64,000 nt of DNA from positions 21,651 to 85,650 of the forward strand of contig CAYGCR010000004.1 of NCBI GenBank assembly GCA_964348415.1. The letters are read 5' to 3'. This DNA is from an uncultured Ignavibacteria bacterium (GTDB lineage: Bacteria > Zixibacteria > MSB-5A5 > SM1-73). Below, piece after piece: positions 38,381 through 48,023 of the stretch. The notes under the pieces were generated by a model. It was given only the letters and a program-made list of their open reading frames with translations, had not been told where the DNA came from and did not search any database. Within the stretch, counting starts at the first letter, position 1, and each line of letters begins with the position of its first letter. The translations under genes and the position numbers were made by a program.

Positions 38381-40864
38381 CTATTTCAGCAGCAACATCT
38401 TCTTTACCTCGACGTGATCGCCGGCTGCCACGCGGTAGAAATAAACGCCCGTAGCCAGTTCATGGCCGTTATCGCCCCTGCCGTCCCATTGGATTGCGTA
38501 AGGGCCAGCTAACTGCTCACCGTCGACAAGTGACCGGACCCGCTGACCCAAGAGATTAAAGATCTCAACGGTCACATGGGCGCGTTCAGGCAGGCTATAT
38601 TCAATCAATGTCGAAGAATTGAACGGATTGGGGTAGTTTTGTCGGAGAACGAAATCTTCCGGAAGGACTGAGCCATTGTCATCTTCAACATCGCTACCAC
38701 TGATGATAACAAGCGTTAGGTGCTGGATATCTGCCAGCGGCGGGTTACTGCTGTCCATAACCCGAACCGTGAAATGGGCTGTGTCTAAACCGGTAGGTAG
38801 ACCGGAGATAACGCCTGTTGGGCCATCCAGCGTAATGCCTTCCGGCAAACCTCCAGCCGTAAGATCCCAGAAGTAAGGCGGGGTCCCGCCGACTGCCTGC
38901 AAAGTCTGGTCATAGTACCGTTCCAGGCTGGCGTGGGGAATAGTCAGGGTAGTGATTTCGACCACTGGCTCGGGTTCCTGGATGACCACAACCCGGATGT
39001 CGAAATTGTGGCCTTCGGGATCCAGGTCGTCGAAGAGAATCCACTCGCCGTTGTACATCAAGCTGCTGCGCATAGGCAGACTGTCCACCCTCACACCGGA
39101 GTGCATATCAACACGTTCCCCCGGTTGCAGGTTCACAGCGGTGAATCCTACGTGGAAATCCTCCCCTGGGAAGAACTGCAGTCCCAGTTCGGACACATCC
39201 ACCCAGGTCCAGCGGCCTATGTTGGCGGGATCCAACTGGACATCAATTGAATCTATTTTGTCTGTCGGAAACGTACCATCACTGTTCCAGACGTAGATTC
39301 GACAGGTCGGTGCTCCGCCCCATGGATTAGCTAGCATCAGAACTGCTGATAGCGAACAAGACTCATCAGCGGTGAATCGGGTGTTAAAGAGGTCCATGCC
39401 GTTGTCGTTCGGAAGGCAGACGCTGGAGCCTCCCCACTCGTTATCATATTGAATCATCCGCGAGTTTGATTTTTCCTGTATTCTCAATGTTGGATCGCCC
39501 AATAGGGTTAATCCGTAATAGTAACATTCTTCCCACTCCCAAAAACCGCCCGCCGCCTGGGCTAGAAACCAGTCCATATATGCATCGCCAATCGGCTTTT
39601 GATAGCCCAGGGACGGATAAAAATCATGACAGTATATCATGGCCCCCAAAGTTGTGTTTCCAATAGCCGCCAAGCCATAACTCGGGCTGAAAATATACCA
39701 TCCAGCCATGTAATCGGAAGCAGTATACCTGGCATTGGAGCAGGCACACAGGATGTAGAAATAGACTCTGGGATCGACGGCAGGTATTTCCCAGCTGTAA
39801 GTAAAGCTCCACTGGCCGGCGGGATTGGTAAAGCCGTGGCTTACCGGGTCGGAATGAGCATACAATTGAATTAATTCGTGAGGCTCGGTCAGAGTGTTTT
39901 CGTAGTGGGCATCCCAGGTTGTCCAGGGGTCATTTACGGCCGTGCATCCGCCAATGAATTCAGACTGGAGCATATTCAAATGGTAAGTCAGGAAAATACA
40001 ATCATCATCGAGATAAGCCAGCCCCCGATGCGCCAACGGCGCCAGGCCACTCCGGTATAAGTGATTCTTGCGAAAATAATTCTCGAGCAGTTCAATTTCG
40101 GACAAACCGCCTGCAATCAATGGCGAGGCGGTCAGTCGTCCGATCCAAATCTCAGGAGCCCTATCGCCGGTGTGAAGATCGTACAGGCCGTCAGCGTCCG
40201 TGTCGTGAAACAGACCGTTTAAATCCATATAAAAGAAATCGCAGGGGAATTCGAGGTGAAAAGGAAAGGGCGGATCATAGCAACCGTTCGTCTCATACCA
40301 GGCGATCGGCAGATCGCCGACAAAGATGGCACCTTTCAACCCCTCCGCGTACAGACTCTGCAACAGACCGCGCAGTTCTTCCGGGGTCCCGCACGATACG
40401 GTATAGATGTCAACGCTGAAGCCCTCACCGGCCAGATCAAGCGCGTGAAGTTCCAGACTGGCTTGGAGACGTTCCCACAGGTCAGCATTCACCATGACGG
40501 CTACGCGGGAACTACTCAGAACGGAGCCCAGCGGATATGCGGAGTGCACATGCTCGTATCGAAGCGGCTCCGGGGCATCCCGGCCGGCTTTCCAGTCATC
40601 GTAGGTGGAGCGGTCAGCCCCCTCAAGGTGAATCCCTCGAATCAGATCGTGGTGATTTGGGCTGACAACCGCCCGAGCGCTTGATGCCTCCGAAGAATTG
40701 CCCGCGTTTGAAACCGGAAAAGTGTTCTCTGTGCTCAGGGTGCTTCCAGAGGCGATGCTTAGCCAGAGCAATACCTGGATGACAACCGCCACGATGCGCA
40801 CTCGGGCCCTCTGGTCTGTCCGCGACGCAGGAAACAGCCAAACATGACTCCGTCGTCGATCCAT
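38381..40864 (-). CDS. Large secreted protein with a clan-CD (peptidase C25 / gingipain-like) catalytic region, a putative Ig-like domain and a T9SS-type C-terminal sorting domain.
   Basis: An H-G ... A-C dyad context is present (YAHSDPVSHGF ... YILCACSNARY). There is a He_PIG-like Ig segment (GGTPPYFW). The C-terminal approximately 80 aa read NYPNPFNSSTLIEYSLP...GVYFYRV..., typical of Por/T9SS CTDs. Confidence 0.55.
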   Translation of the reverse strand: MDRRRSHVWLFPASRTDQRARVRIVAVVIQVLLWLSIASGSTLSTENTFPVSNAGNSSEASSARAVVSPNHHDLIRGIHLEGADRSTYDDWKAGRDAPEPLRYEHVHSAYPLGSVLSSSRVAVMVNADLWERLQASLELHALDLAGEGFSVDIYTVSCGTPEELRGLLQSLYAEGLKGAIFVGDLPIAWYETNGCYDPPFPFHLEFPCDFFYMDLNGLFHDTDADGLYDLHTGDRAPEIWIGRLTASPLIAGGLSEIELLENYFRKNHLYRSGLAPLAHRGLAYLDDDCIFLTYHLNMLQSEFIGGCTAVNDPWTTWDAHYENTLTEPHELIQLYAHSDPVSHGFTNPAGQWSFTYSWEIPAVDPRVYFYILCACSNARYTASDYMAGWYIFSPSYGLAAIGNTTLGAMIYCHDFYPSLGYQKPIGDAYMDWFLAQAAGGFWEWEECYYYGLTLLGDPTLRIQEKSNSRMIQYDNEWGGSSVCLPNDNGMDLFNTRFTADESCSLSAVLMLANPWGGAPTCRIYVWNSDGTFPTDKIDSIDVQLDPANIGRWTWVDVSELGLQFFPGEDFHVGFTAVNLQPGERVDMHSGVRVDSLPMRSSLMYNGEWILFDDLDPEGHNFDIRVVVIQEPEPVVEITTLTIPHASLERYYDQTLQAVGGTPPYFWDLTAGGLPEGITLDGPTGVISGLPTGLDTAHFTVRVMDSSNPPLADIQHLTLVIISGSDVEDDNGSVLPEDFVLRQNYPNPFNSSTLIEYSLPERAHVTVEIFNLLGQRVRSLVDGEQLAGPYAIQWDGRGDNGHELATGVYFYRVAAGDHVEVKKMLLLK

Positions 40865-41089
40865 CCGAGATTCCCCATATAAGGGTTTCAGAAACACTGT
40901 CTACCCCTTTCAACGTGTGAACAACGGAGAGGTTTCTTCGAATTGTCAATGATCTGGTCGTTTCACTGAGTGATCGCTTCTATGAAGAGAAAAATCCGGG
41001 CCTTTTGCCGTTCAGTGCCCGTCGGATCCCCCGACCCGATCAGGCAGAACGCGGGACCAGGCCAGGGGACCTTGCAGGCACAGAACAGT

Positions 41090-42487
41090 CTATTTGTCGC
41101 GCTTGTTGCCGTCTGTTCGACCACTGTCATACTGCCCGATCATCTCGTTGAACTCCCCGCTGGCGTCCGCCACGAACTGAATTCTGAAATAGTCTAGTCC
41201 GTCCAGCATAAACCTGTGATCCCCCATCGGTATGAGGGCATACTTAGGTCTGTCTTCACGCTGGTAGTACAGTGTGCCGTCTTCAACCCAGAACTTCCTG
41301 GGGCCGAATCGGCCTGTGTACTTCTGTAGCTGGCTCAGCTCGACCGTGAGAGGGTTAAGCCTCACATTCTTGCCCTCTATGGCCCACTTGTACTGCGCCT
41401 TGCGGTCAGGGTCGTCGGTTTTCTCCTCCAGCTTCTTGAGAGCCTCCAGATGCGCCACATCCAGTGCCTGCTCCTGAGGCACGGCGATGTGGGGAGCGAT
41501 CCCCGTACCCTCCCAGTTGGTTCCGGTGACCGGGTTCACGGCACGGCCGAAAGGCAGCGACATGCCGATATTCAGGTTGGCAAACGGCTTGATCTCGATG
41601 GGATGGGCCCCGCCGCCGGTAGTGTCGCCTATTATTGTGGCTCTCTCCATGTTCTTGAGATTGTAGGTGAACTCCTCCGCCCCGGAGAAAGTGTAGCTGC
41701 TGGTGAGCACATAAAGATCGACATCGGTCATTCGAGGACCCTGAACGGATGCCTGAGTCCAGAACTGGTGGGTCGAATCGGTTTTGCGAATGTAAAAACT
41801 GTTTAGAAGAACCGGCTCCGGGAAGAAATAGCTGGAGATGAGCTGGATCATGCTGGGAGAGCCGCCGCCATTCTGGCGCAAATCGAAAATGATGGCATCC
41901 GTATGAGCCAGGAAATTCATTGCAGCAATTGCCGTGGGACCAGCATCGGTGGCTTCGGAGAAGCAGCGAAGATCAACATAACCGATGTTCCCCTCCAAGA
42001 GTTTCACTTCCTTGAAGCAGAAGTTGTCTCTGCGCTTCTCTTCCAATTCGCGCTGTTTAGCTTCGTCCGTCAAGGTATCTCCCATAAATTGGGCTAGCAG
42101 CTCATCGGGTGCGAACCTCACCCACAGGTGCCTGTCGTGGCTTATCTCCTGCAGATCTTCGGTCAGCTTTTGGGCGAATTGGCTCAGGCTGGTAATGTCT
42201 TTGTATGCTTTCTTCTTGTACTGTTTCCGAAGATGCTTCTCCATCTTCTTGGCCACGTCGGGGAAGACATAGATTTCGTTTAGCGCCTGGGTCACACTGT
42301 CGATCATTTCCGCCTGCATAGAGGCATCGATCACCTTGTCTGGTGGTTGCCCCGCGGGTGCCTGTGCCCAGGCGCTGGCAGGGGAAAGCCAAATCAGCAC
42401 CAGCAACGTGATCGAAAACACTAGCAACCGTGCTCTCGTCCCAGAAGAGCAAGCTGCCCGAGCACTGCAAGAGGATGCCTTTTGCAT
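41090..42487 (-). CDS. S41-family (C-terminal processing / tail-specific-type) serine peptidase.
   Basis: It has a signal peptide and S41 catalytic-domain motifs (..IIFDLRQNGGG.., ..TSSYTFSGAEEF..). Confidence 0.65.
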   Translation of the reverse strand: MQKASSCSARAACSSGTRARLLVFSITLLVLIWLSPASAWAQAPAGQPPDKVIDASMQAEMIDSVTQALNEIYVFPDVAKKMEKHLRKQYKKKAYKDITSLSQFAQKLTEDLQEISHDRHLWVRFAPDELLAQFMGDTLTDEAKQRELEEKRRDNFCFKEVKLLEGNIGYVDLRCFSEATDAGPTAIAAMNFLAHTDAIIFDLRQNGGGSPSMIQLISSYFFPEPVLLNSFYIRKTDSTHQFWTQASVQGPRMTDVDLYVLTSSYTFSGAEEFTYNLKNMERATIIGDTTGGGAHPIEIKPFANLNIGMSLPFGRAVNPVTGTNWEGTGIAPHIAVPQEQALDVAHLEALKKLEEKTDDPDRKAQYKWAIEGKNVRLNPLTVELSQLQKYTGRFGPRKFWVEDGTLYYQREDRPKYALIPMGDHRFMLDGLDYFRIQFVADASGEFNEMIGQYDSGRTDGNKRDK

Positions 42488-42507
42488 AACACCTCCTGGT
42501 TGGATGT

Positions 42508-43518
42508 TTATGGTTTCTTTGTCTTCAAGTTCAAGCTCATAGCTATTGAGTCTCGCTTATAGGGAGTGGCCCACGGTTGTGCGATGGATATCTCAACGAA
42601 GCCCAGCGAGCGATAGAGATTACACGCGGCGGTCATTTTAGGGCTGGTGAGCAAAACCAACTGCCTGGCACCAATCTCTCTTGCCCGTTCGACCGCGGCC
42701 AAGGCGAGCTTGCGTCCCACCTGATGACCCTGGGCTTTCCTGGTGACCGCCATCTTGGTCAACTCGAGGGTATGCTTATCATGTTTGACCAACGCCGCGG
42801 TGCCGACGATCTTCCCGTCAACTCGGGCGAAGAGCACGAACCCTCCGGCCTTGATGATTTTTCCATATGGGTCGGACAGCAGTCTGGTGTCCTCGTCCTC
42901 CACAGCGAAGAACTTCTGGAGCCATTCCAGGTTGAGCGACTTGAAATGCCGTTTGAACCGGGGTTTGTAGTCGATGATCTCAACTCTCTCCAGTTCGCGC
43001 GACTTGACTAGACGCATCACCCGCTCATACATCCCGGCCTTATTCAATGCTTCATCAAGCCGTCCGAGCGAGGCCAAGAGATCGCCACCAGCCTCATTCA
43101 AAAGTTCGCTGGCAGCAGTAGCTATATCCTCCCACACCGGTTCTAACGACGATACCGCATTCTTTCCTTTTCTGGTCAGACGTAAAAGATGCTTACGTTC
43201 ATCTTTCTTGTCCTTAATTGATTCAAGCAACCCTTGCCTGGCCATCTCGCCAGCAATCTGATTGATCGCCGGATGGCTGTAGCCCAGAGCTGCTCCTGCT
43301 TCGGTTACAGGTACCGGCCCAGATTCCTTCAGAAGATAGAAGAGAGGGAACCAGCGGGGCTCGAAATCGGCAGACCTTTCGCGGTAAATGCGCGGTCCGT
43401 CCTTATAAAGCCACTCGGCCAACCTCCTGAATCGACTGGCCAGGGCCAACGGTCCAAGCTCTCTTATCAGATCCACGTGTAAATCTCCATGGCTGAATAC
43501 GACCCGTCCCTTCCTCAA
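42508..43518 (-). CDS. MarR-family winged-helix regulator fused to a GNAT N-acetyltransferase.
   Basis: It has a MarR-like wHTH (..LLRLTRKGKNAV..) and a GNAT motif (..HQVGRKLALAAVERAREIGARQLVL..). It lies 20 nt upstream of the S41 peptidase gene, so the two are probably an operon. Confidence 0.75.
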   Translation of the reverse strand: MRKGRVVFSHGDLHVDLIRELGPLALASRFRRLAEWLYKDGPRIYRERSADFEPRWFPLFYLLKESGPVPVTEAGAALGYSHPAINQIAGEMARQGLLESIKDKKDERKHLLRLTRKGKNAVSSLEPVWEDIATAASELLNEAGGDLLASLGRLDEALNKAGMYERVMRLVKSRELERVEIIDYKPRFKRHFKSLNLEWLQKFFAVEDEDTRLLSDPYGKIIKAGGFVLFARVDGKIVGTAALVKHDKHTLELTKMAVTRKAQGHQVGRKLALAAVERAREIGARQLVLLTSPKMTAACNLYRSLGFVEISIAQPWATPYKRDSIAMSLNLKTKKP

Positions 43519-43519
43519 A

Positions 43520-43585
43520 TTTATGTAAGCACTTACGTATTGTCAAGCGATTTGTTTCACAAATCTGACCGTCTGATCAGCATCA
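43520..43585 (-). promoter_or_regulatory. Promoter and operator region of the MarR-GNAT gene. It contains gtaagcacttac (a near-palindrome) and tttgtttcacaaa.
   Basis: It is conserved with the duplicated copy at 4040-4115. Confidence 0.45.
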
Positions 43586-43754
43586 CAGATGCGTCAAATG
43601 GAACACTGTCGTCCTGGACGTTCCCCTGATGAGAATGGCATACTCCACATCAAATGCAGTGAGGCCAAACAGGCCCCTGGCTCGTATTTGCTTGCATTAT
43701 TCGGGGATTTGATGTAAGATAAGCACGGTGCCCGGGATTCGAAAGGAGGAGCGC

Positions 43755-45215
43755 ATGAGGCCGGTGGTGAGATTCCTGAGTGATGAACTCGTTGAGAGGA
43801 TAATCTCGGAGGGCAGGGAGGTTCTGTGCAGACTGGGCGTGGAGATTCACAACCAGAGAATTCTCTCTCTTTTGCAGGAACATGAAGCGAGAGTGGATAT
43901 CGGAAGAAACCACGTCCTTTTTACTGACGAGATAATTGACCAGGCATTGAAAACGGCTCCTTCCTCCTTCGGTCTTTATGACGTTCTGGGCGATGAAACT
44001 CATGATTTCTCAGGATATAACGTCTATTTCACTCCCGGCTCCGCAGCGCTGAATATCCTGGATTATGAGAAAAACCGGATTCGGAAGCCAACGACGCACG
44101 ACTACGTCGAATATGCAAAGCTGATGAGTCGGCTCGATAATATTGCTTCCCAGGCCACGGCGTTCATACCGGCCGACGTCCATGAAAAAATCTCAGACAG
44201 CTATCGACTCTACCTTTCGCTTCTTTTCTGCGAAAAGCCCGTCGTCACCGGTGCCTTCACGGTCGAAGCATTCGATATCATGCGCGACCTCCAGCTTGCC
44301 GTTCGGGGCACAAGAGAGGAACTGGCTGCCAAACCTCTTGCTGTATTCTCCTGCTGTCCGACTTCGCCTCTGAAATGGAGCGATGTCACATCCCAGAATC
44401 TTGTTGACTGTGCTGAATACTCAATTCCGATTGAGTTCGTGTCAATGCCGCTGTCGGGTTTCATGGCGCCGGTGACCTTGGTCGGGACTCTTATTCAGCA
44501 TACTGCGGAGACCTTAAGCGGGGTGGTGATAAGCCAGCTTGTCAATCCCGGCACACCGGTTCTGTACGGCGGCTCACCGGCCATATTCGACGTCCGATAC
44601 GAAACTACCCCAATGGGCGCGGTGGAGACGATGATGATAGACTGCGCATACAACGAGATCGGAAAGTACCTGGGCATGCCTACTCAGGGTTACATATCGC
44701 TCAGCGACGCCAAGCAGCTGGATGCGCAGTCGGGACTGGAATCTTCCATGGGGGCAACCTTGGCTGCCCTTTCGGGCATAAACAACATATCCGGCCCGGG
44801 GATGCTCGATTTCGAAAGCTGCCAGAGCTTGGAAAAGCTTGTTTTGGATAACGAAATCTGTGGAATGACCCTTCGCATGATACGGGGCATCGAGCCTAAA
44901 GAGGATTTTCCGTCGCTTGCCAGATTCGAGGAGCTTCTTAAGGATAAGCACTTGCTGATATCAAATCACACCTTGAGATATTTGAAAGAGGAGTTTTATC
45001 TTCCCGGGCCGGCAATCGACCGAGCAACCAGAACAAGATGGCAGGAGGAAGGCAGCTTAACGCTTTCGGAAAGGGCACACGCTGAAGTGGAAAAACTGGT
45101 TAACGAGTATGTGCCCTCCAGACTGCCGCACAGCGCAAAAAAGGAGTTAACAAAACTGATGGAGGCGGAGGTTCGTCGCTACGGGATGGATAGTCTTCCT
45201 AGGATAAATTCATGA
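43755..45215 (+). CDS. MttB-superfamily methyltransferase (trimethylamine/glycine-betaine:corrinoid methyltransferase family, non-pyrrolysine type).
   Basis: It shows full-length COG5598-like similarity (TIM-barrel MttB family). There is no in-frame TAG. A strong RBS (AAGGAGG) lies before the ATG at 43755. Confidence 0.75.
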   Translation: MRPVVRFLSDELVERIISEGREVLCRLGVEIHNQRILSLLQEHEARVDIGRNHVLFTDEIIDQALKTAPSSFGLYDVLGDETHDFSGYNVYFTPGSAALNILDYEKNRIRKPTTHDYVEYAKLMSRLDNIASQATAFIPADVHEKISDSYRLYLSLLFCEKPVVTGAFTVEAFDIMRDLQLAVRGTREELAAKPLAVFSCCPTSPLKWSDVTSQNLVDCAEYSIPIEFVSMPLSGFMAPVTLVGTLIQHTAETLSGVVISQLVNPGTPVLYGGSPAIFDVRYETTPMGAVETMMIDCAYNEIGKYLGMPTQGYISLSDAKQLDAQSGLESSMGATLAALSGINNISGPGMLDFESCQSLEKLVLDNEICGMTLRMIRGIEPKEDFPSLARFEELLKDKHLLISNHTLRYLKEEFYLPGPAIDRATRTRWQEEGSLTLSERAHAEVEKLVNEYVPSRLPHSAKKELTKLMEAEVRRYGMDSLPRINS

Positions 45216-45955
45216 GAACGATCATCGAGATTCCAGCAGATGAAGTAAAGGCTGAGAGCGAGGATGTCTTGAGGTTACAAAGCATTCCTCCGGAAAAGGA
45301 GCCATCTGAGGAAATGAAGATGCTCTTGCTGAAGACAGTGGATCTATTCCTCAAGTTCTCTCGGCCTAAGGGTATCATCTCGGACATATCGATTCCCGAA
45401 TTTGCGATTGTGTACAACGGTGAGGGGCGCAATGAAAAGACAACGCCTCTGGAAGAAGTCTTCAGTAAGGCAGATAATCTGGCTCTGTTTGCCCTTACGT
45501 TAGGGGAGAGGGTGTCGGAGAAAATAGATGAGTTGTTCAGAACAAGTGAGTTTGCTTTGGCAAGCATGCTAGACTCGGTTGCTTCAGCCGCAGCAGATAT
45601 GGCGGCGGATACGGTCGAAAAGCGTTTTCTTGGCTTACTATGTGACAAAGGAGAAATTGCTCCATCAAAAGCCATGTTGAGATTCAGCCCGGGCTATTGT
45701 GGATGGCACATGAGCGGGCAGAAGAAACTGTTCGAATTTCTGCGTCCAGAAGACATTGGCATCAGATTGCTTGATAGTTTTCTGATGAAGCCTTTGAAAT
45801 CAATTTCTGGTGTGATAGTTGCTGGAGACAAAGATATCTTTGCCTTTGAAGACTCGTATCCGTTCTGCAGCGAATGCAGAACTCGTTCTTGTCGTGACAG
45901 GATTAATGCGCTGTTTGAAGAATCGAGACGAAACAACAAGAAAGGTGTAACGTAA
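45212..45955 (+). CDS. Protein with a MetH-like AdoMet-binding reactivation domain.
   Basis: The RFSPGYCGWHM motif resembles the RxxPGYPA region of the methionine-synthase activation domain. It overlaps the upstream stop codon (ATGA coupling). Confidence 0.55.
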   Translation: MRTIIEIPADEVKAESEDVLRLQSIPPEKEPSEEMKMLLLKTVDLFLKFSRPKGIISDISIPEFAIVYNGEGRNEKTTPLEEVFSKADNLALFALTLGERVSEKIDELFRTSEFALASMLDSVASAAADMAADTVEKRFLGLLCDKGEIAPSKAMLRFSPGYCGWHMSGQKKLFEFLRPEDIGIRLLDSFLMKPLKSISGVIVAGDKDIFAFEDSYPFCSECRTRSCRDRINALFEESRRNNKKGVT

Positions 45956-46593
45956 TGGACATTCTGGAAGAGATTTCACAGTTTCTACAGCAGGGTCATG
46001 ATGAAAAGATATCTGAGCTTACCAGGCAGGCGATAGAAGAAAAAATACCCCCAAAGGAGATACTGGACAAGGGGCTTATCGGTGGCATGAATATAATCGG
46101 CGAAAAGTACAAGGCGCACGAAATCTTTCTTCCGCAGGTTCTGCTTGCTGCAAAGGCGATGTACACGGGGATGGACCTGCTGAAGCCTATGTTCGTCGAA
46201 GAGGGGATGCCGACGATGGGAAAGGTCATCATGGGATCAGTGCAGGGTGATCTGCACGATATAGGGAAGAATCTCGTAGCCATAATGTTGAAGGGCGCTG
46301 GCTTTGAGGTCATTGACCTGGGAAATGACGTTCCACCCGAGAGATTCGTGCAGACCGCGAAAGATGAGAGCGCCGCTATCATAGGTATGTCCGCTCTTCT
46401 TACCACCACCATGCCGGTGATGAAGAGGACGGTGGATATTCTCAAGGAGCAAGGTTTGGATGGAAAGATAAGGACCATAATCGGTGGTGCGCCCGTTTCT
46501 GAGGAATTTGCCCGGGAGATCGGCGCGGACGCCTACGGTTATGATAGTGCAAAGGCAGTGGACATCGTAAAGGAACTTGTCAAGAAGGTTTAA
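45955..46593 (+). CDS. Corrinoid (cobalamin-binding) protein of the MtxC/MetH B12-domain type.
   Basis: The DxHxxG motif (GDLHDIGKNLV) and a B12-binding Rossmann segment (GMSALLTTTM) are present. Confidence 0.85.
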   Translation: MDILEEISQFLQQGHDEKISELTRQAIEEKIPPKEILDKGLIGGMNIIGEKYKAHEIFLPQVLLAAKAMYTGMDLLKPMFVEEGMPTMGKVIMGSVQGDLHDIGKNLVAIMLKGAGFEVIDLGNDVPPERFVQTAKDESAAIIGMSALLTTTMPVMKRTVDILKEQGLDGKIRTIIGGAPVSEEFAREIGADAYGYDSAKAVDIVKELVKKV

Positions 46594-46594
46594 C

Positions 46595-47482
46595 ATGAAA
46601 GCACTGCTTGAGAGGCTAAAAGACGGTGAGATCCTTGTCGCCGATGGTGCCATAGGGACCCTGCTCTGGGATTACGACCTCAAGCCCGGTGAGCCGCCGG
46701 AGTCTTTCAACCTCACCCGCGCTGAAGTTCTTGAGGAAATTGGCCGTGAGTATGTGGATGCCGGTGCGGACATGATTCAGACTAACACGTTCGGAGCATC
46801 GCCAACTAGACTTTCGCTCTTCGGGCTGGACCGTGAGATCGACGAAATAAACCGTAACGCGGTCCTGGCCGCGCGAAAAGCAGCTGGCGATCGCACCTGC
46901 GTCGCCGCCTCTTGTGGGCCGAGCGGGAGGCTCTTGGAGCCATATGGAGATGCTGATCCCGAACAGATCCGCGTGGGTTTTGTAAAGCAGATAAAGGTTC
47001 TGGTTGAAGCTGGCGTTGACGCCATATCCGTGGAGACCATGACCGATCTGGTCGAAGCCACGCTCGCCGTCAAAGCTGCAAAAGAGGTTTCGCCGTCAAC
47101 CCCTGTTCTGGCGGAGATGACTTTTGACAGGACCCCTAAAGGTTTCTATACCGTTATGGGAGCAAGCGTCGAAGATGCCGCAGGAGCGCTTGAAGAGGCG
47201 GGAGCGGACGTCATAGGTTCGAACTGCGGGAACGGTATTGAAAATATGATAAAGATTGCCGTAGAATTCAAAAGGCACACCGAGCTCCCAATCATAATCC
47301 AATCCAATGCGGGTCTTCCGGAGATGCAGGGTGATAAACCTGTATATCCTGAGACGCCTGAGTTCATGGCAGAGAAAGCGAAACAACTGGTCTGGACAGG
47401 CGTATCAATCATTGGAGGCTGCTGCGGAACAACGCCGGAGCATATCAGAGCTATCAGGAGGATGGTTGACCTGCAGAGATGA
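46595..47482 (+). CDS. Homocysteine-binding S-methyltransferase domain protein (MetH N-terminal module / BHMT-like).
   Basis: It matches Pfam S-methyl_trans, with a zinc-ligand Cys triad context (..ASCGPSG.., ..IGGCCGTTPEHI..). Confidence 0.75.
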   Translation: MKALLERLKDGEILVADGAIGTLLWDYDLKPGEPPESFNLTRAEVLEEIGREYVDAGADMIQTNTFGASPTRLSLFGLDREIDEINRNAVLAARKAAGDRTCVAASCGPSGRLLEPYGDADPEQIRVGFVKQIKVLVEAGVDAISVETMTDLVEATLAVKAAKEVSPSTPVLAEMTFDRTPKGFYTVMGASVEDAAGALEEAGADVIGSNCGNGIENMIKIAVEFKRHTELPIIIQSNAGLPEMQGDKPVYPETPEFMAEKAKQLVWTGVSIIGGCCGTTPEHIRAIRRMVDLQR

Positions 47483-47664
47483 TTTTCTCCGCATAAGAAT
47501 TCCATTTGATTCCCCACGTCTCTGGGTCATGATTGAATTGATCTTCTCTGTGCTGGTAAGATGGTTTGCCATTTCTTCACAATCCTCAGATCACACAATT
47601 GGTGCTTTCGGATTTCAGTGTGTAGGTTCCAGACAAATTCATCGTTTTTACCAAAGGAGGTGAT

Positions 47665-47988
47665 GTGATGTCGTCCGAGATGCCCAAGTGTAAAATCACT
47701 GTGCTCAAAAGGACCGTCAACCAGAATCTGATTGATGAATATCTGGATGACGAAAACAAGAGTGCGAAACCGTGTGAGCATTTCAGAGACGGCCAGGAAT
47801 TCATACTGGATCGTTACTACCGAGCGCCAGAGGGCTTTTGTGACTGGGCTTGGGCAGACATCCGTTATGACATACTGGCTGTTGCATACGGTGGCAATAT
47901 GCCCGGGATGAAGCAGCCCGGTACCATCATTGCCGGCTGTACGGATTGGTTCAGGCCGGTGATCTTTAAGGTGGAGAGGCTGGACTGA
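47665..47988 (+). CDS. Small Cys-containing hypothetical protein linked to the corrinoid methyltransferase cluster.
   Basis: An RBS (GGAGGTG) is present. The protein is 107 aa and contains the cysteine spacings CKITVLK-x15-C, CEHF-x18-CDWAWADI and CTDWF. No family was recognised. Confidence 0.45.
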   Translation: MMSSEMPKCKITVLKRTVNQNLIDEYLDDENKSAKPCEHFRDGQEFILDRYYRAPEGFCDWAWADIRYDILAVAYGGNMPGMKQPGTIIAGCTDWFRPVIFKVERLD

Positions 47989-48023
47989 AACGTTTGGATC
48001 TTTAAAAAGGAAAGGAGAAAACC

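Noticed and set aside
43755-45215. Pyrrolysine (in-frame TAG) in the MttB-family gene.
   Set aside because: The ORF is uninterrupted over 487 codons with no internal TAG. This is a non-Pyl MttB-superfamily member.
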